From a virus, in the IMG/VR virus record IMGVR_UViG_3300044960_000029, positions 4,643 through 68,642 of that record: DNA of 64,000 bases. One strand, 5' to 3'. The notes beneath the pieces are model-generated. The model was not told the origin of the DNA. It saw only the letters and a program-made list of their open reading frames with translations, and did no database searches. This document shows positions 19,465 to 29,375 of this stretch, piece by piece. Position 1 is the first letter of the stretch. The number at the start of each line of letters is the position of its first letter. The position numbers were made by a program, and so were the translations under genes.

Positions 19465-19529
19465 AATTTACTACCTCCTTATTTTTATATAAAAATATAT
19501 GTTATAAATATTTGTTATTAAATAATTTT

Positions 19530-19853
19530 TTATTCTTCTTCATCTTCATTATATTCTGGAATACAAGATTTAAGATTTTCTTTCCACTCATGTAAATTAG
19601 TATCACTAATCCATTCTATAATTGCATTAATTGCTCCTGGATTATCTTCAAGGAAATATTCTAAATCTCTATATTCAGGATTTAAATCTGAAATAAATGT
19701 TTTAAAATTTCTTACACCACGTGGACCGTCAAAATGATAAAATCTGTTAAATTCCATATATTTATCAATCACGTCACGTAAAGTATCATCTTGAGATGAC
19801 TTAATCTCAAGAATTTTTTCTTTATTATTTGTTAGTTCTTTAATTAATTTCAT
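19530..19853 (-). CDS. hypothetical protein in the head module
   Basis: 107-aa ORF with GGAG RBS; MKLIKEL start. Confidence 0.6.
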   Translation of the reverse strand: MKLIKELTNNKEKILEIKSSQDDTLRDVIDKYMEFNRFYHFDGPRGVRNFKTFISDLNPEYRDLEYFLEDNPGAINAIIEWISDTNLHEWKENLKSCIPEYNEDEEE

Positions 19854-19880
19854 TTAACTTACTCCTTTTTGCTATGAAAA

Positions 19881-20498
19881 TCATCTTCTTAATAACGAAT
19901 CAATAAATTTTTGCATTTCTTGTTTAAAATATTTTTGAGCTTTTTCATCATGTACAACTGCTTCTGCTAATGTTAAAATTTTATTATTTTCTAATGCTTC
20001 TCTAACTAAATTTGGATATGCATCTGGTGCTGAAGGTGTTGCGACAATATCAACAGTAACAAAAGAAAAATCTTCAACTAAACCTTCATTTGTTACATTA
20101 CCGGTTCCGCGTGTTGAAACACCTAATCTTACCCCACCTTCTAATAAAGAACGAGCAATTTGACCAGATGGAGTATTAAGAAGTTTACACTTTCCAACAC
20201 CATTGTTTCCATCTAATTTCATTTCAGTAATAATATGGGAAACATTCTTAAGATCTATAGAAAGATTATCTGGGTGATTAAGTTCACCCATAATATAGTT
20301 ACCTTCTTTAATTTTTTGATTCACATATTCTACTGCTTTTTTAATTTCTGATAATGGATAAATTCTTCCATTTCCATTTCTAATTTCTGCTTGACACATT
20401 ATTCCAGATAAAAAATAATTTTTTGATTCATCTATTGATTCAACTAGATTTGCTTCTGCTGGGGATAAATTTTCTATTAAAATCATTTTCGTTGTCAT
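19881..20498 (-). CDS. gp21: prohead protease (gp21-like)
   Basis: 'NGNGRIYP', 'GELNHP', 'VSHII', 'LGVSTRGTG', 'DIVATPSAPDAYP'. Confidence 0.93.
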   Translation of the reverse strand: MTTKMILIENLSPAEANLVESIDESKNYFLSGIMCQAEIRNGNGRIYPLSEIKKAVEYVNQKIKEGNYIMGELNHPDNLSIDLKNVSHIITEMKLDGNNGVGKCKLLNTPSGQIARSLLEGGVRLGVSTRGTGNVTNEGLVEDFSFVTVDIVATPSAPDAYPNLVREALENNKILTLAEAVVHDEKAQKYFKQEMQKFIDSLLRR

Positions 20499-20535
20499 TT
20501 TTATCTCCTCAAATTTATACGCAATATATTTAATT

Positions 20536-20543
20536 TATTTATA
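20536..20543 (-). promoter_or_regulatory. T4-type late promoter
   Basis: TATAAATA ~38 nt upstream of the protease gene. Confidence 0.7.
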
Positions 20544-20583
20544 AAAATTCTAAATTTTTCATTATATTTTAATTACTGTCAAA

Positions 20584-23481
20584 TTATGTTTCTTCACCAG
20601 TTGGTAAATTTTCTAGTTCTGATTGTTCTTCTTCAGATGGTGGTGTTTCTTCACCAGTCGGTAAATTTTCTAGTTCTGATTGTTCTTCTTCAGATGGCGG
20701 TGTTTCTTCACCAGTTGGTAAATTTTCTAGTTCTCCAGATAATGACTTATCTAATTCTGAATCTGAAGGATTTCCTTCAGATTGAGATTGTTTTATATTA
20801 TCCTCAACAGATTTGTTTATTTCTTCTATTTTATCAGGTGATTCATAATAATATGGATTATAAATTTGTTGTAAATCATCAACACCTTTATTATCTGATA
20901 TTCCACGTTCTTGTTTTAACATAGCTTCGTTCATTTGAATATCATCTTCGGTAAATCCTAAATAACGTTTCAATATAAATCTACGTGATAGATATTTTAT
21001 TTGTTCTGCAGAGTTATAAGTATTAATCAATTCAGCATCTAAAGCTGCTTGTCTATATAATGCAAAGTTTTGTGGATCTGGTAATTTTAATAAAAATAAC
21101 TCATTATCAACTTTAATATCTGATGATTTAAGAAATAATTTAAACTCTTGATCTAGAACTCGTTCTATTTTATTTTGTAATCTTTTTATATAATTTGCAA
21201 AACGTAGTTCTTCTATATATGCAATACCAACTTTTCCATCAGCTATTTGTGCACCTTGTGCATCAGAACCCCTCATATATGAAGTTGGAATTCGTAAACC
21301 CCTAAATATCTTTTCTTGAAAATATTTAACATCTGCAGATTCACCTAAATTTTCACCACCTGGTAAAGTTTCAACTCTTGAACCTCTACCAGAAGATGTT
21401 ACAGGAAAATAGTAATCTTCCTGAATAGAGTTCTTTGTAAATACACCACATTCTGTCGCAAATGTATGATAATTATGAATACTTTCACCAATGGTGATAC
21501 AACCAACATCCATCTTTTCTTTAAGATATTCTATTTTTACAATTTTGTGATTATGATTAATTAAATTATATTTTAATTGAGAAAATGTTTTAACATTTAA
21601 ATAATCTTTAATAACTTCTAAATACGTCCAACTTGGTATTGATCTTCTTCCTGTTTTTGATGGTTTATTTATATTCTTAAATTCATATAAAAAATTATCA
21701 TTTGTTTTCATCCAATTCAATAAATCGGTTCTTCTAATAGAATAATCATTTTTAATCTTATCTATTAATAATGAAATAATTTTTTGAGAAACTAATAAAC
21801 GTTGAGATAAATCATTTTGTCTTTTTGAATTTCTTCTATTTAATTTTAATTTTCCTTTTTTTCTATTTGTTTCTTTAATAGAATTTATACGTTTAATATC
21901 ACTTTCAAATCTTGAATTAAAATTAAAAATAATATCGTTATAATAAGTTTGAAGTCCACTTATAAGTTTTTCTATTTGATATAATTTTTTATCATTATTC
22001 CAAGAATTAAAACGTTCTTTATTAAAATCTGCATGATATTTAAAATGATCTTTTACACCCATTAATATTAAATTATTTGGTGTATTATCATGTTTATTAA
22101 AATTTTTATGATGGACAACAACTTTATCTTCATTAACATATTTTTTATCATATGAAAATTCTTCTAATTTAATATTATTTGAAACCATCTTATGTGTTTT
22201 AATCCATTCCTTTTTAGAAATATCAAAAATTTCTTCATAACCAGAAGAAAATGGTAATGATTGAATATTATTAACATCAACCCATCTTCTATTAAAAGGA
22301 ATTAAACTATTTTCTTTAATTAATTCATCAGCTCTTACAAAACCTAAACCTTGTACTGGAAATTTATGATCTGGTGTACAAATAATAGATTTACCATTAT
22401 CAAATGTTATTTTTAAAACATCTGCATTTTTTCTAGTAACACCTGCCCAAATAATTTCACCTGGTTTAATTTCACCTGTCAATGGATCACATGAATATAC
22501 ATAATTAATTTTACCTGATTCATATTCTTTAGCCAATTCATGAATTGTTAATATTCTTCCATCTAATAATGGAATTCTTGTATTCATGTCAAGACATGCA
22601 GGATTATAAGTACCATCTACAACATCACCTTGTGGATTTGGCATTCTTTTTTGTCTTACATCATTTTTAACTTGTTCAAGATATTGTTTAACACGCTGAG
22701 CTGGCATATTACCAACATCTATATAAAATACTCTTCTTTCTGGTGCTCTTACAATACGATAGATGACCATCGCATCTTCTAACATTGAAAGTTGTTTATA
22801 TGTCTTGAGAACTGGTAATAAAATACTATCACCAAATGGGGCAGCCGGTCCCATCATATCTGTCAATGAAAAATGAATTATATGTTCTGCAGGTATTATT
22901 TCAATATTTTGATTTTTTTGACCATGTGTTAATGATGGTGTGTTTGACATCCTTGAAATATGATATGCTATTTTTTGCCCTTTACTGTTTACTTCTATAC
23001 CTATAACTGATGACGGATCAATATATTCCCATGTTTTAAATGCATTTACCCGTTTAAAAAAACAATCACCATATTTAACAGTCGTACGAGCTATACTAAA
23101 AATTCTTGATTTAAGATCTTGTAAATTACTCCAAAAACGAACTGCAGCTCTTATAGTTGTTACAATATTTTCATTAATTTCTTGATTATCTTCATTTTGA
23201 TAATCAATAACAAATGGTAAATGTGTTTTATTATCTTCTGTTCCTATTTCTTCTGCTATGGTATCTAATGCTCTTGAAATATCAATATCAGTATCCATTA
23301 AATCAAATTGTCTATATTTTTGCATTCGTGATCCAACACCACGCATAACTTGATTATACCAAGAAACAGCTGATACTTCAGCCCCAACACCAAAATAATC
23401 ACTATCCGTTTTAAGAACACTAGGAATATTAACTTTCTTTTCTGGTTTAATTATTCTCCAATAATTTATCCATGATCCCAT
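20584..23481 (-). CDS. gp20: portal protein (gp20-like) containing an intein
   Basis: 'LEDAMVIYRIVRAPERRVFYIDVGNMP', 'EDYYFP', 'RGSRVETLPGGENLG', 'ELRFANYIKRLQ'. Confidence 0.93.
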   Translation of the reverse strand: MGSWINYWRIIKPEKKVNIPSVLKTDSDYFGVGAEVSAVSWYNQVMRGVGSRMQKYRQFDLMDTDIDISRALDTIAEEIGTEDNKTHLPFVIDYQNEDNQEINENIVTTIRAAVRFWSNLQDLKSRIFSIARTTVKYGDCFFKRVNAFKTWEYIDPSSVIGIEVNSKGQKIAYHISRMSNTPSLTHGQKNQNIEIIPAEHIIHFSLTDMMGPAAPFGDSILLPVLKTYKQLSMLEDAMVIYRIVRAPERRVFYIDVGNMPAQRVKQYLEQVKNDVRQKRMPNPQGDVVDGTYNPACLDMNTRIPLLDGRILTIHELAKEYESGKINYVYSCDPLTGEIKPGEIIWAGVTRKNADVLKITFDNGKSIICTPDHKFPVQGLGFVRADELIKENSLIPFNRRWVDVNNIQSLPFSSGYEEIFDISKKEWIKTHKMVSNNIKLEEFSYDKKYVNEDKVVVHHKNFNKHDNTPNNLILMGVKDHFKYHADFNKERFNSWNNDKKLYQIEKLISGLQTYYNDIIFNFNSRFESDIKRINSIKETNRKKGKLKLNRRNSKRQNDLSQRLLVSQKIISLLIDKIKNDYSIRRTDLLNWMKTNDNFLYEFKNINKPSKTGRRSIPSWTYLEVIKDYLNVKTFSQLKYNLINHNHKIVKIEYLKEKMDVGCITIGESIHNYHTFATECGVFTKNSIQEDYYFPVTSSGRGSRVETLPGGENLGESADVKYFQEKIFRGLRIPTSYMRGSDAQGAQIADGKVGIAYIEELRFANYIKRLQNKIERVLDQEFKLFLKSSDIKVDNELFLLKLPDPQNFALYRQAALDAELINTYNSAEQIKYLSRRFILKRYLGFTEDDIQMNEAMLKQERGISDNKGVDDLQQIYNPYYYESPDKIEEINKSVEDNIKQSQSEGNPSDSELDKSLSGELENLPTGEETPPSEEEQSELENLPTGEETPPSEEEQSELENLPTGEET
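20587..20735 (-). repeat. 57-bp tandem repeat (~2.6 copies) encoding ELENLPTGEETPPSEEEQS at the portal C-terminus
   Basis: repeated tgtttcttcaccagtyggtaaattttctagttct. Confidence 0.9.
21430..22596 (-). mobile_element. intein (389 aa) with an HNH-type endonuclease domain
   Basis: N-junction YNPA|CLDMNTRIPLLDG, block B 'CTPDHKF', C-junction 'HTFATECGVFTKN|SIQEDYYFP'; internal 'VVHHKNFNKHDNTPNNL'. Confidence 0.9.
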
Positions 23482-23498
23482 ATATTATAGTTCCTTTA

Positions 23499-26150
23499 TT
23501 ATGCAATATTCATTGATGAAAATCCTATCATTGCTTGTTCTTGTTTAGTAAATCTATTTAAACTACGTTGTCTAATAGCAGCTTTCGATGATTCAGATAA
23601 TAAATCAGCTGAAATATCTTTATGCTCAGTCATAATATCAAGTTGCTGTTTATCTACATCCAACATACTATTTAACTGTGAATAAATATCATCTAATTTT
23701 TTATATAAATCATCAATATTTCTCTGTTGAATAGTTTTAGTTGTATTTATAGTATTGTTATTATTAATATTATTTAATTTTTCTAAATTTTTATTAATAT
23801 TATCAGTTTCTTTCTTAAAGAATTTATCATATGCATCAAATCCAGCACCAATAACACCACCTATTCCAGCACCAATAGCTGTACCTATACCTGGTGCAAT
23901 AAAAGAACCTATTGTCGCACCAAGTCCTGCACTTGTAGCTGTAGATGATCCTAATATTTTTCCAAGTGCTGAATCTTCAGGAACTAAAAAACTAGCAGCT
24001 GTTAAACCCATTCCAGCAATACCACCAGCACCGATTTTAGTTAATTTTCCAATTTTTCCTAAATTACCAATTTTTCCTGCTGCTGTTCCTGCTGCTCCTG
24101 CTGCTGTTCCTGCTGCTGTTCCTGCTGCTGTTCCTGCTGCTGTTCCTGCTGTTCCTGCTCCTAATATTCCACCCAAACTACCTGCTATTCCGCTTAAACT
24201 ACCGACTGCATTTCCTAAACCACGCACAATATTGCTACCTATTCCTTTTGATAATGCAAAAGTTGCAATTGCAACAGAAATTCCAGAAAGTGCTGTAAGA
24301 ATAGAAGGAATAGATAAAATTGCTGAACTCCATCCAACTATTTTATTTAATAATTTTGAAATTCCATCTAACTCATTGACTTGAGTTTGTTGCAACGTTA
24401 ATAATTTATTTGCTTCTTTTGCCATTCCTAAATTAGCAGCACTTTGAAGTATATCTTGTACTGGTTCAGCGACAGCAGTCATTGCTTCTTGACTACCAAT
24501 ACCAAATCTCATAAATTGTTCTGCGCCAGTATTAAGTGTTGCAAGTAATTCTTGAAGTCTAGATTTTTCTTCATCTGTTGCTGCCATACCTTTTTGTAAA
24601 ATACGCATTGCCTCTTGACCTATTTCAGCTTGTCCTGTCAAAAAGCCTATTTGAGCTAATCTAGCTGCTTTTGTAAATCTCGTACCTACTCTTTCTCTAC
24701 TTAATTGTGTTGACTTTTTAATTAAGTCTTGTGCCTCTCTTAAACCAATTCCAAGTTGTGTTAGAGCAGTATAACTTGCTTGTAAAGAATCTGCTTTAGC
24801 CTTTCTATCTTTCTTATTAACAGACAATAATTCAGCTTGAATTTCAGCCGAGTTCATAAACTCATTATTAGCTTTAGCTATTTCTTCAATACTTAATCCA
24901 GTTACATTTGATAATTTACCAAACAAAACTGTTTGCTCTTTTATATATGAATTAAGTTTATCACCATCTTTTACTGATTGACCTATAGATTGAAATCCTG
25001 CAATTAATTCAGGATATACCTTCATCGCATCTTCTGTGCTTATTCCAAAATCCATTAATGCATTTTTTGCTGTTGATAATGATTTTTCAAAACCAGATTT
25101 ACCCATTAATAAAAATTCTCTTCGAGTAGAGATAAATGCTTCTGATAAAGCATCGAAATTTATACCAAGTGTTGCTGACATTTTAGCTAAATTAAAAAAT
25201 GATCCAGCTGCAACTCTAGTACCTAATTTGTTTATTGCTTTAACATAATCTATAGTTGCTTTTCCTAAAAGACTAAATGCTGCAATTAAACTTATTTCAG
25301 TAACACCAGTTAATCGTTTAAATGTAGTAGTAAGTAAACTACCAATTTTATTGGTATTATTAAGTTGTTTTTGTTGTTCTAACATACTTGTTATCAACGA
25401 CGGTGTTTTTTCGCGCAATGTATCAGCTAAATATTTAAATTCTTGATTAAGAGATTTAGTAAGATATTTTTTATATTTTTCATCTTTAATGTCATTTATA
25501 AGTTTAATTTTTTCATTCAATCTTTCGGTGTCTAATCCTAATTCTTCAAACGATTTTTTAATTTTTTCATAAACTTTAGGATCTGATATATCATATTGAT
25601 TTTCTTTCATCGCTTTATCATATGCATCTATTGCTGACAACATATGTTCTTGATAATCTATTATTCCTCTAGTTGAATTAAGGAATTGTTGATCTACTTT
25701 ATCAACATTTATGTTTAAACTTTTTAAACTAGAATTAAAAGCTTCAACAATTTTCTTTTGTGTAGTTGAGCTTTTTAATGCATCAGATTCTGATTCTAAT
25801 AGAACTTTAGAATGCATCAATGCAAATTTTGCAGCCTTATTAAAATCTTCATTATTTCCATTTAATGAAGATTTTAAATTATTAAGTTGTTTGATAGCCT
25901 TATTTGCACTAATAGAAAGTTTAACAAAATTTGAATTTTGAAGTTTTGTATATTCAGAAAGGTCATCTAATTCATCTATCAAATTTTGAATTGTTTTTTT
26001 AGATTTATTATCAATATTGAAATCTGATGATTTAGATGATGCACCACCCGAACTTCTATTTGTTGATTTGTTAGACAAACTCAATGTTTTATTAAGTGCA
26101 TTTAATGCATTTGTTAAATTTTTAATATCTGTTTGTGAAAGTTCACTCAT
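23499..26150 (-). CDS. tape-measure-like tail protein
   Basis: long helical protein with Gly/Ala-rich hydrophobic C-terminal part ('GIGTAIGAGIGG'); divergent from the baseplate hub assembly gene. Confidence 0.65.
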   Translation of the reverse strand: MSELSQTDIKNLTNALNALNKTLSLSNKSTNRSSGGASSKSSDFNIDNKSKKTIQNLIDELDDLSEYTKLQNSNFVKLSISANKAIKQLNNLKSSLNGNNEDFNKAAKFALMHSKVLLESESDALKSSTTQKKIVEAFNSSLKSLNINVDKVDQQFLNSTRGIIDYQEHMLSAIDAYDKAMKENQYDISDPKVYEKIKKSFEELGLDTERLNEKIKLINDIKDEKYKKYLTKSLNQEFKYLADTLREKTPSLITSMLEQQKQLNNTNKIGSLLTTTFKRLTGVTEISLIAAFSLLGKATIDYVKAINKLGTRVAAGSFFNLAKMSATLGINFDALSEAFISTRREFLLMGKSGFEKSLSTAKNALMDFGISTEDAMKVYPELIAGFQSIGQSVKDGDKLNSYIKEQTVLFGKLSNVTGLSIEEIAKANNEFMNSAEIQAELLSVNKKDRKAKADSLQASYTALTQLGIGLREAQDLIKKSTQLSRERVGTRFTKAARLAQIGFLTGQAEIGQEAMRILQKGMAATDEEKSRLQELLATLNTGAEQFMRFGIGSQEAMTAVAEPVQDILQSAANLGMAKEANKLLTLQQTQVNELDGISKLLNKIVGWSSAILSIPSILTALSGISVAIATFALSKGIGSNIVRGLGNAVGSLSGIAGSLGGILGAGTAGTAAGTAAGTAAGTAAGAAGTAAGKIGNLGKIGKLTKIGAGGIAGMGLTAASFLVPEDSALGKILGSSTATSAGLGATIGSFIAPGIGTAIGAGIGGVIGAGFDAYDKFFKKETDNINKNLEKLNNINNNNTINTTKTIQQRNIDDLYKKLDDIYSQLNSMLDVDKQQLDIMTEHKDISADLLSESSKAAIRQRSLNRFTKQEQAMIGFSSMNIA

Positions 26151-26170
26151 TTTTAATAACTAATTTATAT

Positions 26171-26206
26171 TATAAATAGACAATATATCAATAATATATA
26201 TTTATA
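26171..26206. promoter_or_regulatory. pair of T4-type late promoters on opposite strands
   Basis: TATAAATA at 26171-26178 (+, hub gene) and at 26199-26206 (-, tape-measure gene). Confidence 0.7.
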
Positions 26207-26227
26207 ATCTATACAATATTTAGGAGA

Positions 26228-27019
26228 ATGACAAATATGAATAATCCACTTTTAGAAAAACTTAAGTTACCAGGAAGAATATTTCAATTACCATCTAGGG
26301 GATATCTATATATAAATAATGAATTAAGTTCATCTGTTCAAAATGCAGAAATCCACGTTCACCCAATGTCTGCATTAGATGAAATTTCAATGAAAAACCC
26401 AGATTTATTATTTAGTGGTAAAGCAACAGATGAAGTATTTAAATCATGTATCCCGGATATTATTAAACCATTAGAATTATATGGAAGAGATGTTGATGCA
26501 ATTACATTATTTTTAAGAATAGTATCTTATGGTCCAATTTATACAGATGAGTTCATTCATACATGTAAAGATGCAAAAAAACATACATATAATATTAATG
26601 TTGAGGATTTCGTAAGTAAAATAAAATATTTAGATCCAACTATGATAAATGATCTTTATACATTAACATTAGATAATGGTCAAATTGTGAAATTACAACC
26701 ATTAAGATATAAACATGTAATAGAAATTTTACAAAAAAATCAAAATAAAAAGGAATTAACGGCTGATGATATTAAATCAAATCTAATGATTAATCTTTTA
26801 AATTTAATTGTTTCTATTGATGGTATATCTGATAAACAATTAATAACAGAATGGATAAAGAAAGCACCTACATCATATATTAATAAAATTGCAGTCAAAG
26901 TGGAATCTTCATCTGATGCATGGGGATGTGATTTCGTTACTGAATTGACGTGTAAAGATTGCAATGAAAAATTTAAAGTAGAAATTCCTATTAACCCAGT
27001 AAATTTTTTCACAGAATGA
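26228..27019 (+). CDS. baseplate hub assembly protein (gp26-like)
   Basis: 'NPLL...LPSRG..Y', 'PMSALDEI..KNPDLLFSG', 'IVSYG', two Cys pairs, C-terminal 'NFF'. Confidence 0.75.
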   Translation: MTNMNNPLLEKLKLPGRIFQLPSRGYLYINNELSSSVQNAEIHVHPMSALDEISMKNPDLLFSGKATDEVFKSCIPDIIKPLELYGRDVDAITLFLRIVSYGPIYTDEFIHTCKDAKKHTYNINVEDFVSKIKYLDPTMINDLYTLTLDNGQIVKLQPLRYKHVIEILQKNQNKKELTADDIKSNLMINLLNLIVSIDGISDKQLITEWIKKAPTSYINKIAVKVESSSDAWGCDFVTELTCKDCNEKFKVEIPINPVNFFTE

Positions 27020-27240
27020 TCCATATTGGAAATTTGGATGAAATAAGCAAATTAATAGAAATATTAGGAAATCAAATAAGAATGATAATAAGAAATGCAA
27101 TAGAATTATCATATTATTCTAGAGGTGCATGGACATATTATGATGTATTAAATATGTCAGCTGCAGAAAGAGAAATAGCTACAGAGTTTATAACAAAAAG
27201 ATTAGAACAAGCATCAAAGATGACATTTCCAGTATTTTAA
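27016..27240 (+). CDS. small baseplate hub assembly protein (gp51-like)
   Basis: 'YYSRGAWTYYDVLNMSAAERE'; ATGA-coupled to the gp26-like gene. Confidence 0.6.
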   Translation: MIHIGNLDEISKLIEILGNQIRMIIRNAIELSYYSRGAWTYYDVLNMSAAEREIATEFITKRLEQASKMTFPVF

Positions 27241-27295
27241 TAAAGGATCTGATCCCGGAATTCTAACCATCTTACAAGGGATTATATAAAATAAG

Positions 27296-27343
27296 TGGGA
27301 TTAATTATTATATAATTAATCCCATTTTTATTTTTTTTTTTTT
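27296..27343 (+). terminator. intrinsic terminator, possibly bidirectional
   Basis: tgggattaattat/ataattaatccca stem followed by a long T run. Confidence 0.8.
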
Positions 27344-27359
27344 CAATAAAGAAGAGTTA

Positions 27360-28050
27360 TTTTTTGTCAATATCCGTATTCCGGACATTTCTTTCACCAG
27401 AAAGACAACTACATATTAGTAAACGTTACGTATTACGTAACGTTTACATCCGAATTTGGTTGAAACCAAATTCGGATTAACTTGTAAGTAGTTATTTTGT
27501 TAATTGGAATATATGTCAAATGTTATGAGAGCGTTCTATTTTCCGGACACATTTGCGCCTTGTCGGCGCGTCGAAAATGTTCAATTGAACACTCTAACTT
27601 CATACTCAGACCTGCCCAGGTTACGCTTTACCAGGTAGACTTTCGGCCTATATTATATGTATAATCGTCACCTACTCGTCTTCGTATGTTCCGCATTCGT
27701 AGACGCTTTCCCGTATATAAAATAAGTTAGAATTTTATATACGCTATTGGCCATTGCAGACCAATATCTGGGAATTCATTTTAGTAATTTCATGAATGGC
27801 GATTAAGCATATCATGAAATGGTTTATACTATTAAGTCAGTTCTGGAGGAGGTTTTTATACTGACTGGTTCCATCGGCCTTCCTGAGGACATTTCGAAGA
27901 CGCTATTAATTGATGACCACTGTGCCCGATCACAAATAGGAACCACCTCTCTATGCAGCGCTCTCCTCAAGTAAGATGCATAGATGCAACTATAAAATAT
28001 AAACCACTTTTATAGTCGCTAAGCCGTTTGCTATACGACTTTTCCCTATT
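27360..28050 (-). ncRNA. putative large structured non-coding RNA (~690 nt), family not recognised
   Basis: no ORF, GC visibly above background, about ten stems packed end to end, A/C mismatches on + that become G-U pairs on -, one loop-loop complementarity. Confidence 0.7.
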
Positions 28051-28316
28051 ATATATAAAAATATACATGAGGATGATTATTAAAAATAAAATTATATATA
28101 AAATTTAATTAAAAAATAACTAAATGATTTATTTAAACAAAAGAAAAATGAACGTTATAAAAACAGATTAATAAAAACACAATAAACAATATCTAAATAA
28201 ATTTTATAAAAGAGACACTATATATTATTAAAAATAAATTAAAACAACAAATTCAATAATATTTATTATAATACATTTTATAGTTATAAACAAATTCTAA
28301 AAATAAACTTATCAAT

Positions 28317-28682
28317 TTAATTTATTATTTTTTTTAATTTTTCCTTTAATTTTTGATAAATGTTTCTTTCACTTGTTGGTAAAAGTTTAATTGTTCCTAA
28401 AGAAATATCATGATATTCGTAAAATTCTTTTTCTTTTTGTTGATCTATAGGTAAACCCATAGCAATATTATATTCATAATCACTGACAGCTTTTTTATCA
28501 ACATTATTTTTAATTCTTTTTATTTTTTTTCTATTTTTCGTATTTTCTATGTATTCAACTTTTTTATGTTCTATGTTTTGGTCTTTACATAAACGTTGTG
28601 TAAAAGTATATGCTAATTTTCTCATTTCTTTTGCTTTTTTTCCATTCATATTCTCTATTTCCTTTCTATATAATTCCAACAT
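28317..28682 (-). CDS. basic hypothetical protein
   Basis: Lys/Arg-rich ORF overlapping the upstream gene; likely start at MNGKKAK. Confidence 0.6.
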   Translation of the reverse strand: MLELYRKEIENMNGKKAKEMRKLAYTFTQRLCKDQNIEHKKVEYIENTKNRKKIKRIKNNVDKKAVSDYEYNIAMGLPIDQQKEKEFYEYHDISLGTIKLLPTSERNIYQKLKEKLKKIIN

Positions 28683-29307
28683 ATCTAGGATTTAAATCAG
28701 CATCTAACCAATCTATAATATAATTCATATTATTTTTAAATAATAAAACTTCAAATTTGTTTATACTTGGTACACCAGTTTTTGATAATTTTTGTTTTAA
28801 AATTAAATACTTATATTGTTTTGGTTTAAAATTTTCAACATACACAGGTTTTAAACCATATAGATTTATTTTATAAACATTACTTATCTCAAACTTACTT
28901 TGTTTTAATTTTTGCCATTCTTTTTTATCAAATTCTTCAATTTCAAATTGTTCTTTTTGAAATTGAATCGAATGATGTGTAGAATGATGTGGTATTGGCA
29001 ACTGTTTTTTTCCTTTATATCGTTCACAAAAACGAATAGCAGAATTGATCATCGCATTTACATTTAATTCATTAATATCTTTTGGTATATTTTTAATACC
29101 TATTGTATCTATTATTTGTTGTCTAGTTGGTGGAATATATGGTAAATTAATACTTATACGTTTTGCATTATATGGTGAAATAGTTTTTTCTATTTTTGAA
29201 TAGAAATTTAAATATTTGTGAATAGTTATCAAAATGTCATCATATGATTCACCATCGAATCTTAACGCATCAAATCGAACGTCTGGAATAGGTAAATGAT
29301 CATACAT
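28666..29307 (-). CDS. hypothetical protein resembling the WED/REC half of TnpB, with no RuvC domain
   Basis: by-eye similarity of 'AMINSAIRFCERYKGKKQLP...HSIQF...KINLYGLKPVYV...YLILKQK...KFEVLL' to the TnpB N-terminal half. Confidence 0.4.
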   Translation of the reverse strand: MYDHLPIPDVRFDALRFDGESYDDILITIHKYLNFYSKIEKTISPYNAKRISINLPYIPPTRQQIIDTIGIKNIPKDINELNVNAMINSAIRFCERYKGKKQLPIPHHSTHHSIQFQKEQFEIEEFDKKEWQKLKQSKFEISNVYKINLYGLKPVYVENFKPKQYKYLILKQKLSKTGVPSINKFEVLLFKNNMNYIIDWLDADLNPRYVGII

Positions 29308-29375
29308 AATTTTTTTTATCTTAATAATTTATTAAAAAAAAATAAAGGTGTGATTTTATATAAAATGATAGATTT

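Noticed and set aside
23755-24384. 209-aa Pro/Ala-rich + strand ORF
   Set aside because: Antisense shadow of the Gly/Ala-rich part of the tape-measure-like gene, including its 12-bp TAAG repeat
27360-28050. Group I/II intron, tmRNA, RNase P RNA or tRNA cluster
   Set aside because: No interrupted gene, no group II domain V, no tRNA-like T-arm/CCA end and no complete RNase P P4 signature recognised by eye
28666-29307. Active IS200/IS605 element
   Set aside because: No RuvC catalytic motifs or Zn finger, no TnpA, and no recognisable element ends
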